Shown here: positions 46,104-54,636 of the stretch, piece by piece
Position numbering within the stretch: position 1 is the first letter of the stretch
How the letters are laid out: each line of letters begins with the position of its first letter
Source of the DNA: a virus
Lineage: Duplodnaviria > Caudoviricetes
IMG/VR virus record: IMGVR_UViG_3300037183_000031
Location: 3,302-67,301 of that record
Strand: one strand, 5' to 3'
Length of the DNA stretch: 64,000 bases
Position numbers and translations under genes: made by a program
Notes under the pieces: generated by a model
What the model was told of the DNA's origin: nothing
Seen by the model: the letters and a program-made list of their open reading frames with translations, nothing else
Database searches by the model: none

Positions 46104-46430
46104 TCAGTGGGACATGATCGCCCAGGGCGAGCGGGCGCGCTCCTCGTTCATCTCGTCTCGTATCGCTCTGATGGCGCGCCAGTGCTCAAGTCGTCGCACC
46201 TCGCGCCCAGCGTCGAGCGCTGCCTCAAGTCCCGAGCGTGCGTCCGAAATCAGATCGCATGACCCGGGCGGGCTGAAGCGCTCCGCGCGATACGCGCGCT
46301 CCGTTGCTCGCGTGACTGCGGCCAGGTCCGCCTCGTTAAGCGCGAGTTTGGCAATCGTTCGGCGGATGGTGCGGCACTCGGCGTGCAGCTTGGCGAGATA
46401 GTCCGCCTGCGTCCACGTCTCGCGTCCCAT
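46104..46430 (-). CDS. Hypothetical protein
   Basis: 108 aa helical ORF coupled to the ASCH gene. Confidence 0.55.
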   Translation of the reverse strand: MGRETWTQADYLAKLHAECRTIRRTIAKLALNEADLAAVTRATERAYRAERFSPPGSCDLISDARSGLEAALDAGREVRRLEHWRAIRAIRDEMNEERARSPWAIMSH

Positions 46431-46909
46431 CAGAGCACCCCGCCCAGCAACGTCTGCCCGTTGTCGTCTGTCAGCACCCGCTGCCCAAGCATTTCGAGCA
46501 AGCTTGCCAGCGCTGGGGGTTCAAGCACCTTTGCAGGATCCCAGAAGGACAGCGCCCCGCGGCATTCGATCGCGCGCGGGAACGCTCGCACGTTCTCCAG
46601 TCGCCACGCGAAGCGTCCGGCGCTGAAGTTCCCCCACGTTCGTTCGGGGCCTTCTGGCACGTCCTCGACGCGTCGACAGTCGGTCAGGTCAGCGATACCC
46701 AAGATCGCGCCCAGCCGTAGATAGCTCGCGTGGATTGCGAAGCGTCGAATGTCTCGATTCGGATTGTTCAGCCAGTCGCGATCGAATGCGCCGCTTGCGT
46801 GAAGAATCAGCGCCCCTCGGTACTTCGTTCGCCAGCTGCGCGTCTCCCACGGCTTCAGCCCAGCTAGAATTGCGCCTACGTGGGGTTGCTGAATCGTGAA
46901 GGCTTTCAT
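46430..46909 (-). CDS. ASCH domain protein
   Basis: AFTIQQPHVGAILAGLKPWETRSWRTKYRGALILHAS and CRGALSFW. Confidence 0.88.
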   Translation of the reverse strand: MKAFTIQQPHVGAILAGLKPWETRSWRTKYRGALILHASGAFDRDWLNNPNRDIRRFAIHASYLRLGAILGIADLTDCRRVEDVPEGPERTWGNFSAGRFAWRLENVRAFPRAIECRGALSFWDPAKVLEPPALASLLEMLGQRVLTDDNGQTLLGGVL

Positions 46910-47190
46910 AGTTCGATCTCCACACGCCCGTTGACGAGCGACGCAGAGCCCACAAACAGACCGACAGACTGGCGATCGTCGCCCAGATCGATCCGCGTGT
47001 AGCGTCGACTCTTGCCGTCGTCGCTGAGCATCCGCAAATACTGTTCGCAGGTCTTGACGACACCGGAATACCCCCCGGTGAAAGAGACGTTTCGCGAACC
47101 CGGGGCGCAGACGGCAAGCAATGGGCGGCCGTCATTCGGGAACGTCTTAAGTAATGCCCGCTCGTGCTTCGCGCGCTCCCTGGCGTTCAT
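46906..47190 (-). CDS. Hypothetical protein
   Basis: 94 aa; coupled to neighbours. Confidence 0.55.
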   Translation of the reverse strand: MNARERAKHERALLKTFPNDGRPLLAVCAPGSRNVSFTGGYSGVVKTCEQYLRMLSDDGKSRRYTRIDLGDDRQSVGLFVGSASLVNGRVEIEL

Positions 47191-47450
47191 CCCTCACCTC
47201 CCGTCGGGCGCATGAAGTCCAGCCGACGCGCGATTGACTCCAGCGTGTCGGCGTTGTGCTCCGCTTCTGGATCGCCGTCAGGCCACAAGTCGAGCGCGAT
47301 ATCGGTGAGAAGATCCACCACTGCACACGCGACTTGCGCCCGACGCTCTAGCGCCGGGGCCTCGCGCATGGCCTCTGGCCAGCCCTTTGCCCTCAAGGTA
47401 ATTTCTGCCGCTCGCCTCAGATCGTTGATCGATGCTTGCGTAATCTTCAC
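47187..47450 (-). CDS. Hypothetical protein
   Basis: GTG 47450; MKITQASINDLRRAAE. Confidence 0.55.
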   Translation of the reverse strand: MKITQASINDLRRAAEITLRAKGWPEAMREAPALERRAQVACAVVDLLTDIALDLWPDGDPEAEHNADTLESIARRLDFMRPTGGEG

Positions 47451-47953
47451 AGCGCACCTCCGTTCCGCTGAGGGGCGGCTTCGAAGAACCCGATAGCGCA
47501 CGGCGGCGCGGGGGGCGGTGCGACGGGCGCAGTCGGCACGCCGTTCGGGTAGCGTTGCTGCATGCAGGGGCCGCATCCGCAGTCAGAGCGATGGGGCTTG
47601 ACGACGACGGTGGGCGGCAGGGGGGCCTTCGCCGGCTTCACGGGCAATTGACAGACGGACACCTTATCGACTGGCGGACGCGTCACGCGAACAGGCGCGC
47701 GCATTCTGATCGGCTTCGGCTCCACGCTGCGCTTCGGCGCGTTGATATCGTACAGCGCGAGAACCGTCTCGCGGGTGACTGGCATACTGGTGTCGCTCGC
47801 GTCGACAAGGCAGAACGTGGCATCCTTGAAGAGGGGCCCGCCCCAGACTTTCGCGGCCTTCTGCGCCTTCTTGGGGTCGCTCGTGTCCCCCAGTAGATAG
47901 GCGTAGTAGCTTCCTTGACGGCACTCAATTCGCTTGATTCCGGCGGTGTGCAT
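47447..47953 (-). CDS. Hypothetical protein with Pro-rich C-terminus
   Basis: ATG 47953 with AAGGA RBS; includes HRSDCGCGPC. Confidence 0.55.
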   Translation of the reverse strand: MHTAGIKRIECRQGSYYAYLLGDTSDPKKAQKAAKVWGGPLFKDATFCLVDASDTSMPVTRETVLALYDINAPKRSVEPKPIRMRAPVRVTRPPVDKVSVCQLPVKPAKAPLPPTVVVKPHRSDCGCGPCMQQRYPNGVPTAPVAPPPAPPCAIGFFEAAPQRNGGAL

Positions 47954-48039
47954 TTCGATTCCTTGGCAGGGGTTTGCTGATTTCGGGCTTGTGGGTCCCG
48001 CGCGCGTCGTATCAGGTGCGCGCGCGGGTGACGAACGTT

Positions 48040-49104
48040 CTACGCGTCGAGAAACATCTCCTTGGCGGCGCTCGCGGCGCGCTGAGCAACCCCTGCGCCC
48101 TTCATCCAAAGGGCGTCCATTCGGTTGTCGGCAGACGAGCCGCGTTCCCAGGTCATGTATTCAGTGACGGCGTTGTAAGCGGCCCACGCGGTCCCCCTGA
48201 CGCCCGGCAGGTCGTTTCCGCGTCCTTTTTCGAACATGACGGCGACCTCCTCGAATACGCGAGACTTGGTCTCCTTCGTCATGTTCCCAGACTCGGCTGA
48301 CAGAGTCGCGGTGTCAGAGATGCGAGCGGGGCGCGACAGAAGCGCGGCCAAGTCGCTGGCTCCCGTCGTCACTTCGGGGACTTCCGTGACGTCGATGATT
48401 TTCTTATTCGGCGAGAACACGCGATCCACGTACTCGCGCAACTGAGCGGCGCTTCGAATCTTGACCCCGGCGAGTCCCCGGAAGATGTCGGCTGCCTTCT
48501 CGAAATCATGATCGACTTTCTGAATTGTCTTCTGAACCTCCTTCAAGGCGTCGCCAGCTCCGGACGTGTGGCGGATCTTCATGTTCGCGGTGCGAGAGTC
48601 GCCGAACGCCGCGTTTAGCGTGTTCTGACAGACGACACGTATCGGGGTCAGCGCGACGTTGACGGCGAGCGACCCATCATGACCGTTCGCGAGTAGCAGA
48701 TACTTCGATACGCGGTCGTCGGCTTGTGGAACGATCACAGAGTCGGGGCGATCGATTTTCGCGAGCATCCACACCTTCGAGCCTTCGCGAAGCGAGCCCG
48801 CCGCTTCAATCTTTGCGGCCCCCGTCGCAACGAACGGCTCGAAGAATGAGAGTCCATCCGCATTCTGAACTGGACGATACCCGGGGCCCACGGTCCCGAG
48901 AACACGCTGATCAGTCGAGCGTACAGTGGCGAAGCGATCGACCTTGCGCCCGTCGGGCATTTGGAGCTGGACAAGCGACACCCCCCAGTCAAGCCCCGAC
49001 AGTTTCAGCGCCTCAGCGATTGACGGGGGGGCGTCAAGCTTGGTCCCCAGGCCGTGCCACGGGGTCTCGCCTACATACATCATCGTCTCTACTTCGTGTG
49101 CCAT
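48040..49104 (-). CDS. DUF932 (TIGR03299-type) phage/plasmid protein
   Basis: MAHEVETMMYVGETPWHGLG, GSLREGSKVWMLAK, TPIRVVCQNTL and TAWAAYNAVTEY. Confidence 0.88.
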   Translation of the reverse strand: MAHEVETMMYVGETPWHGLGTKLDAPPSIAEALKLSGLDWGVSLVQLQMPDGRKVDRFATVRSTDQRVLGTVGPGYRPVQNADGLSFFEPFVATGAAKIEAAGSLREGSKVWMLAKIDRPDSVIVPQADDRVSKYLLLANGHDGSLAVNVALTPIRVVCQNTLNAAFGDSRTANMKIRHTSGAGDALKEVQKTIQKVDHDFEKAADIFRGLAGVKIRSAAQLREYVDRVFSPNKKIIDVTEVPEVTTGASDLAALLSRPARISDTATLSAESGNMTKETKSRVFEEVAVMFEKGRGNDLPGVRGTAWAAYNAVTEYMTWERGSSADNRMDALWMKGAGVAQRAASAAKEMFLDA

Positions 49105-49303
49105 TGGGATTCTCCTTGGGTGATTTCGTTGATTGAACATGACTCAATTCACAGTGAATCAGAAGGTACGCTCTAGCGTGACAGCCCAGGGACTCACGAA
49201 GGGATCCGACTACGTTGATTCATTCGACTCCCTTCGGCGGGTTCGTCGGGTCCTTTCGTCTCTTTCGTTTTCTGTCTCGTTTGTCGTCTCGTCTACATTT
49301 CTA

Positions 49304-49331
49304 ATAGTAGTCGAGTGGCGCAGGTCGTCAA
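49304..49331 (-). promoter_or_regulatory. Sigma-70-type promoter for the small-gene region
   Basis: TTGACG (49331-49326), 16 nt, TACTAT (49309-49304) in an AT-rich gap. Confidence 0.55.
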
Positions 49332-49369
49332 TGTATTTCATGACGGGGCGTCGCCACGCGTGCAAACTG

Positions 49370-49804
49370 CTACCGACCGAAGGTGGCTCGTCGGACTGAC
49401 GTTGTCACAGGCTGCGCGAACGTGCGCGCGCGTGACAGTGAGGCTATGAACGTGTCGAGATTGGGGCACGAGATCCCCGCGCCAAGACCCGGTTGCGTGT
49501 AGACCAGGGGTGCCGCCGTCATGGAAGCGATCGCCCGGCGTAGCTCCGTCGGATTGGTCAGCGAAAACCACCCCGCTACCCCGACCGGGCCGATCTCTCC
49601 GTCGATCAGGCGGCAGAAGAATTCGAGCCCTGCTCCCTTGGGCTGGCTGTCGATGTCCACGCACCAGCGCAATGTCGGCACGCAATCCATGACCGCCATC
49701 ATGATCCCACAGCCACTGGAGATCAGGACGCCAGTCGCTTCACTTCGCTGATAGTCGATGATCCGAATCTGGGCGATTGCCGCGGCCTGGGCGACCCCGA
49801 TCAC
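49370..49804 (-). CDS. Hypothetical protein coupled to the ABC-GNAT gene
   Basis: GTG 49804 overlaps the TGA of the ABC-GNAT gene; 144 aa. Confidence 0.5.
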   Translation of the reverse strand: MIGVAQAAAIAQIRIIDYQRSEATGVLISSGCGIMMAVMDCVPTLRWCVDIDSQPKGAGLEFFCRLIDGEIGPVGVAGWFSLTNPTELRRAIASMTAAPLVYTQPGLGAGISCPNLDTFIASLSRARTFAQPVTTSVRRATFGR

Positions 49805-50937
49805 ACCGTTACCGTGTCCGCCAGAATCGCTTCGGCGAGATCCTCTGGCATCTTGGGACCGATGTATTCGAATGATGCCGTTCGACGTCGGTTGCTTCTG
49901 GTGCTTCGGAAGTTTTCGGCCAGCGCCCCGCCTGAAGCTGTGGTGAAACCGGGCTTGCGGGACATGCGCCATTTTCCGGTGCGCATCCTGTTCACGATTT
50001 CCGCAGGGTGCCCGGTGCAGCTGTACGCGTGATACCCGAGACCAGACCAGAGCGAGGCGACGAATTCAAACAGGGTGTTGCCGATTCCAACGCCCTGGTA
50101 ATCCGGCAGGCACACCGTTCGATGCCCGCGGCGCCCCATGCGCCCGTCCGACGTCCGTCCCACGAACGGCAGCCAGGCGTCGAAGGCGACCGGCTGACCC
50201 TCAACCCACGCCACGAAGCAGGTCGCACCAGCGTGGATGGACGCGGTCAAATAGTGATGACGTTTGAAGAACCGCCACGCTGAAGTATTCGCGCGGGTGA
50301 TCGTAATCGTGACGCCTGGTCTTCGTTGGGGCGCCCTCCATGAGAAGGTGCCGACGTGCGGCTCAAGAACCCAATCGGGTTGGAGCCAGTCGATCACATC
50401 CTCGTGGCATGTCACCGCCACCAGTTGCTTGCCCTTCGTCGCTCTGACCGTGCGCGCGGCGGCATGGGATCCGATCCGGGCCACCACCCGATCCACCACG
50501 GACGAAAACTCGTCCACCGCCACCAGCGGTCGCGGGTCCAAGATCGCCCGCGCGAGGTTCACCCGGAAGCGCTCGCCGTTCGACAGAACCGAGAACGGTT
50601 TCAGCCACGCCGGCGGCGAGCTGAACCCGACGTTGGAAAGCGTCTTCGTGATCTCCTTGATCGAGATGTCCCCGAATCCATCCACGATGGCGGCGCCGGG
50701 CTTCCAGGGATAGCCGTCGACCAGATTCTTGCCGAACAGCGCCCGCGCGCAGCTGGATTTTCCAGCCCCCGACGGACCTACGATCAGACCGACCGACCAG
50801 GGCTTTTCTTCCAGCGGCACGTCGAAGTGAAACGACACGCCGTCGCGTGCTTTCTCCTGGACATCAAACATGCCTTCGATCTGCTGAACACGCGGGGTCC
50901 GCTTGATATCGACCTCGAGATCCAGATCCACGCGCAT
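49801..50937 (-). CDS. Soluble ABC-family ATPase fused to a GNAT acetyltransferase
   Basis: GPSGAGKS, LSNGE, VDEFSSVVD and TCHED (ABC); WRFFKRHHYL and RTVCLPDYQGVGIG (GNAT). No TM segments. Confidence 0.85.
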   Translation of the reverse strand: MRVDLDLEVDIKRTPRVQQIEGMFDVQEKARDGVSFHFDVPLEEKPWSVGLIVGPSGAGKSSCARALFGKNLVDGYPWKPGAAIVDGFGDISIKEITKTLSNVGFSSPPAWLKPFSVLSNGERFRVNLARAILDPRPLVAVDEFSSVVDRVVARIGSHAAARTVRATKGKQLVAVTCHEDVIDWLQPDWVLEPHVGTFSWRAPQRRPGVTITITRANTSAWRFFKRHHYLTASIHAGATCFVAWVEGQPVAFDAWLPFVGRTSDGRMGRRGHRTVCLPDYQGVGIGNTLFEFVASLWSGLGYHAYSCTGHPAEIVNRMRTGKWRMSRKPGFTTASGGALAENFRSTRSNRRRTASFEYIGPKMPEDLAEAILADTVTV

Positions 50938-51546
50938 CTACATCAACGCCCGGGCCTTGAGGCCCTCCTTGGCGAACCGGTTCAAAAGCTGCCGCTGCTG
51001 CTTCTCGCTCGCGCATTCGATGATGATGGCCGGGCTGCCCTCGCCGAGATTGAGCACCCCCTCCAGCTCGGCATCGGCGTTGCTCACGATCATCTTGTCG
51101 ATCTCGTTCTGGCTGAACCCGATCCCGCCCGCGGCGATATCGTTCTCCTTCATGAATTCGGCGAGTAGATCCGCGTCCCACCCGCCCCTTTCCGAAATCT
51201 TGTTATCGGCCAGGAGATAGGCCGCTGCCTCCTTGTCGCTCTTGAACGCCACGCCGCGGATCACCGGCACCCACCAGTCACCATCGCGGGCGATGATGCG
51301 GTCCGGAGGTGGCTCGCCGCCGGCCTGCTTGACCTCCAGCATCTCCAGCCGCCCGTGCCCGGCCACCAGCTTGCCCGAGCGGGCGTCCTCGAGCATCGGC
51401 ATCACGTAGCCGAATCGGTCATAGAACGCGTTGATCTCCGGCAGGTCGTGGTCCTTGGCGTTCTTCGGCCAGCGCTTCAGCTCGGCCAGTGCCACGTATT
51501 CGAGACGAATCTCCTGCGGCGCTTCCGGCTTCGGCGTCTTGGCCAT
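50938..51546 (-). CDS. ParB/Srx N-terminal domain protein
   Basis: LKRWPKNAKDH...LVAGHGRL...AYLLADNK...GWD; start ATG 51546. Confidence 0.85.
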   Translation of the reverse strand: MAKTPKPEAPQEIRLEYVALAELKRWPKNAKDHDLPEINAFYDRFGYVMPMLEDARSGKLVAGHGRLEMLEVKQAGGEPPPDRIIARDGDWWVPVIRGVAFKSDKEAAAYLLADNKISERGGWDADLLAEFMKENDIAAGGIGFSQNEIDKMIVSNADAELEGVLNLGEGSPAIIIECASEKQQRQLLNRFAKEGLKARALM

Positions 51547-51575
51547 TGGTGTATACGCTACACCAGTACGCGGCG

Positions 51576-52118
51576 TCAGGCGACTGGCTGGGAATACTGC
51601 CTGACCAAGTCCAGAAACCGCTGCACCGGGAAGGCGGGCCCCGGGTCCGTGTGGTCCGACTTGTGCCAGGCGTCGGTTGCGGCCGCGTGAGTCGTGATAC
51701 CACGTGTCCCGGCGAGCAAGCCGGCCGAGTCCACGAACGCCGCGGGTATGTTCCACCGATTGCAGAGCGCCGCCGTCAGGTTTGCGGCTCGCGAAATCAC
51801 GGACCGGCTGTAGTCGTCATCCCAGTCATCGGACGTGAATGAGGCGCTGGCCACGAGCTCGATGCCGATGCCCATGGCGTTGGCGCCCGGCGCATGAAAC
51901 GCGATGTCGGTCTCCCGCACTGACTGTGTGACCTCGGCATTGTCCACGGCGAAATGCCAGGAAGCGATGCGCTCCGACTTCGCGCACGCGCGCATCAGGG
52001 ACGCGGCAGCGCCAGTGACCTGGGCAATCTCAGCCGAGTGAATCACGATCCAGTCGATCGCGGTTCTATTCGCCGGGCGACAATGCGCGGCCTGCAGAAA
52101 TTGGATGCCATTGTCCAT
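51576..52118 (-). CDS. N-acetylmuramoyl-L-alanine amidase (Amidase_2), likely endolysin
   Basis: WIVIHS, SWHFAVD, AFHA, IGIE and HTDPG; start ATG 52118. Confidence 0.88.
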   Translation of the reverse strand: MDNGIQFLQAAHCRPANRTAIDWIVIHSAEIAQVTGAAASLMRACAKSERIASWHFAVDNAEVTQSVRETDIAFHAPGANAMGIGIELVASASFTSDDWDDDYSRSVISRAANLTAALCNRWNIPAAFVDSAGLLAGTRGITTHAAATDAWHKSDHTDPGPAFPVQRFLDLVRQYSQPVA

Positions 52119-52123
52119 CGTGG

Positions 52124-52207
52124 TCAAGACCTCGGTCTGGTGGCGTCCGCGACCAGGATCACGATCGCGGCGCACAGCATGAAGCACGAGAAGGCGATGG
52201 GATCCAT
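52124..52207 (-). CDS. 27 aa hydrophobic peptide
   Basis: MDPIAFSCFMLCAAIVILVADATRPRS; AAGGAG RBS; TGATG overlap. Confidence 0.5.
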   Translation of the reverse strand: MDPIAFSCFMLCAAIVILVADATRPRS

Positions 52208-52356
52208 CAAAACGGCTCCTTCTCAAGGCACCGACGTGTCTCATCGCAACCCTTCTCATCGACACATGGCTGGGCGTATACCGAGCACGTCTTGACCTGG
52301 ACTGGCGGCTCCTCGGCCTCAGTGGCGGCGCGCTGGTAGCGAGTCCAGTATGACAT
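52207..52356 (-). CDS. 49 aa Cys-containing protein
   Basis: MSYWTRYQRAATEAEEPPVQVKTCSVYAQPCVDEKGCDETRRCLEKEPF. Confidence 0.4.
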   Translation of the reverse strand: MSYWTRYQRAATEAEEPPVQVKTCSVYAQPCVDEKGCDETRRCLEKEPF

Positions 52357-52383
52357 TGGCATGCGATCATCTCGCCAGCACAT

Positions 52384-52695
52384 TTAGGGCTCACAATCCG
52401 GTACGTCGTCCATCGGCCCGCAGGATTTGTTCTGGGCGTTCATCGACACCTGGCATTCTGGATTGGCACCACAGGTGGTCCAAGCACACCCTGACCACGT
52501 CATGCCCTGGTTATCGTAACAAGTGGACTCGGGGTCCACGGCGCGTCCGTCAGTCGGACATGGTGGCAACCCGCGCGACTGAGCGAAGCGAATCGCAGCA
52601 GCGCGAATTGATTCGGCAGTCTTGGGCGGGCGCTGGATCGCGCAGGAGAGAAGCGCAGCCGCGACGATGACGACCGTCGATACGAGCCATTTCAT
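52384..52695 (-). CDS. Cys-rich predicted lipoprotein
   Basis: MKWLVSTVVIVAAALLSC lipobox; six further Cys. Confidence 0.65.
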   Translation of the reverse strand: MKWLVSTVVIVAAALLSCAIQRPPKTAESIRAAAIRFAQSRGLPPCPTDGRAVDPESTCYDNQGMTWSGCAWTTCGANPECQVSMNAQNKSCGPMDDVPDCEP

Positions 52696-52842
52696 CGGTC
52701 AGCTCCCGCGGAAAATATGCCATGAAACATATCAAAGACATTGCGACGCCTGTGCTCACGGGTCTTCGGGCAGAATCGGCAGACCATACGTCGCCGATAA
52801 TACTGCCAACGATGGACGCCGAGCATGCAGCGAATCAATTAT

Positions 52843-53043
52843 TCATCGCTCGTCAGCCCCTGCGTCCCGCGCGGCCATGTGCCGCTCGACCGCCATGGGC
52901 CACGTCGGCTGTGTCGGGTCACATCGCGGCCATTCGACCGAGCCCGGCCGACACGGCGGCGGATCGTTGGGTGAATAACAACACAGGGCGCCGAGCACGA
53001 GAGCGAGCGGGGCGAGCCACAGGACGAAGGCTTTCACGATCAC
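52843..53043 (-). CDS. Small Pro-rich lipoprotein (o-spanin-like)
   Basis: GTG 53043; FVLWLAPLALVLGALCC, then PNDPPPCRPG. Confidence 0.5.
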   Translation of the reverse strand: MIVKAFVLWLAPLALVLGALCCYSPNDPPPCRPGSVEWPRCDPTQPTWPMAVERHMAARDAGADER

Positions 53044-53333
53044 TTCTCGCAGGCGTCGATGTCTTCGCACGTTGCCGCGTTTGCTCGACACACAAGATCC
53101 CAGGAGATGATCCCGGACGCTTGAACGTTCGCGCAGACCTCGACACATGATGCACCATTGGGCGTGGGCTGCGCGCCCGAGCACCCAAGGACGGACTCAT
53201 GCTGGCAGACATCCGCGCACGTCGCCGGACCACTTGCATCCATGGCGCCCGGTGTCGGCGGCACCGGAGTCGGTGTCGGGTTGTGCGGGCAGCCAAGTCC
53301 CACGAAGAGAATGCCGATCAGCAGAGCGCGCAT
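53040..53333 (-). CDS. Cys-rich predicted lipoprotein
   Basis: ATG 53333; MRALLIGILFVGLGC, Pro linker, CADVC...CVEVC...CEDIDAC. Confidence 0.65.
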   Translation of the reverse strand: MRALLIGILFVGLGCPHNPTPTPVPPTPGAMDASGPATCADVCQHESVLGCSGAQPTPNGASCVEVCANVQASGIISWDLVCRANAATCEDIDACEK

Positions 53334-54187
53334 CACGCCACCTCCTGGGCATCCGACGAATAGAGCGGGGGCGCCTCGACGATCCATAGATCGTCTGTCT
53401 CGGGCCATTTGATGTAACCAGCGCTCATTCTGAAATACCCTGCCTCTCCCCAATCAGGACCCCACGAATTGGCGATGCTGAAATCGTACGACCCATCCGG
53501 GTTCGTCCACGAGTCCGTAACGAGTAGCTCGTGACCTCCCGCGATCTGCTCACCGAGGGGCGGGTCAGCGGCAACGGTCGGATCGGTCCGTCCTTGGCAG
53601 AACGCTTCGGACACCAGTGTCCCGAAGGACACCCCAAAGCCGGCCGCCAGGGCGTGACGAATCATCTGGACGCGGGCGTCGCCCGTCTCCGTGATTCTCA
53701 AGTAGGCCGGTAGCGTGCCGGCTGCTGCTTGTTTCGCCTTTTGATCAAACGCGAGACGGAAGAACTCAGCCGACGGCATCCGCGCAAACTGCGGTAACTC
53801 GCCGTTCGGCCCTGGATTTACGTTGTCGTCATACGGCCACACGCTCTCAGGAGCGAAGCCGAAATTCACAAGCGCCGCGCAGGCGTTGCGGGTGTACGTT
53901 CCCGTGTCCTGGTGCTGATCGCCGGTGACTGCGCGCGCAAGATAGTACAGGCCATTTCGCGACAGTAACGGGGGATTTTTGGCGCCTTGGCGAGCGTGGG
54001 ACATGCGGACGTTCTGCGCCAAGCTGTTGGCGACACATGATCCCTCCTGCTCCTGATCGATGATTCCCAGGATGTACGCGCGAAGGTGCGCGTCTGGGGA
54101 AGCGGTGGATCCTGCGGCGCGCCTCGCACTGTACGAATGGTCCCGCGGGTCTGGCTTGTCCTTGAGCCAGCCACGACCGCGCCTCAT
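53333..54187 (-). CDS. Papain-family (C1A) cysteine protease
   Basis: GWLKDKPDPRD, DQEQEGSC (Gln and catalytic Cys), GGHE (His) and ANSWGPDWGEAGYF (Asn). Confidence 0.92.
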   Translation of the reverse strand: MRRGRGWLKDKPDPRDHSYSARRAAGSTASPDAHLRAYILGIIDQEQEGSCVANSLAQNVRMSHARQGAKNPPLLSRNGLYYLARAVTGDQHQDTGTYTRNACAALVNFGFAPESVWPYDDNVNPGPNGELPQFARMPSAEFFRLAFDQKAKQAAAGTLPAYLRITETGDARVQMIRHALAAGFGVSFGTLVSEAFCQGRTDPTVAADPPLGEQIAGGHELLVTDSWTNPDGSYDFSIANSWGPDWGEAGYFRMSAGYIKWPETDDLWIVEAPPLYSSDAQEVA

Positions 54188-54636
54188 CGACCGACCAACG
54201 CCAGAGGCTCGGGGACCACCAGGCTGGGAGTCGGCCCGCTGCGCGCGACCAGGGCCGTCCCTTGAACACTCAATCCGTACGGTCCGAGAAGCCCCGTCAC
54301 GTCCAGATACGCCTGTTTGAATTCCGCGAACGCGGCATCAAGTTGGGCCTGATTGATATCCGCGGTGCCCTGGGCGATCCGCAGGGCCGTATCGAGCGAC
54401 GCGCGGGCCTTCGCGAGAGCCGCGTTCACCTCGGCCTCAAGCTTCGGATTCGGGTGCGCCGCGAAGACGATGGGGGCAAATCGGGCGATTTCATCGAGCA
54501 CCAGCATGCCGTCCTGCACGTAGGCGAGAACCGTTGGGAGGTTCTTCTGGATGGCTGCACAGCCCGGCTGAGGCGCGGAGGCGGCGAGGAGAATGAGCAA
54601 CACCGGCAGAGTGAATGAGCGGATGGCGGTTTTCAT
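54184..54636 (-). CDS. Secreted or lipoprotein helical protein (spanin-like candidate)
   Basis: Signal MKTAIRSFTLPVLLILLAAS...GC; long amphipathic helices. Confidence 0.55.
   Translation of the reverse strand: MKTAIRSFTLPVLLILLAASAPQPGCAAIQKNLPTVLAYVQDGMLVLDEIARFAPIVFAAHPNPKLEAEVNAALAKARASLDTALRIAQGTADINQAQLDAAFAEFKQAYLDVTGLLGPYGLSVQGTALVARSGPTPSLVVPEPLALVGR

Noticed and set aside
47997-48028. GC-rich inverted repeat as a terminator after DUF932
   Set aside because: No U-tract on either strand, and CG-dinucleotide runs pair easily by chance.
49801-50937. ABC transporter
   Set aside because: No permease gene or TM segment nearby, and the ATPase is fused to a GNAT domain.
20657-51556. GTATACAC as a conserved late-promoter motif (near 20660, 28449, 43395, 51552)
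   Set aside because: Orientation and distance to the start codons are inconsistent, and the core is a palindrome resembling a generic -10 box.
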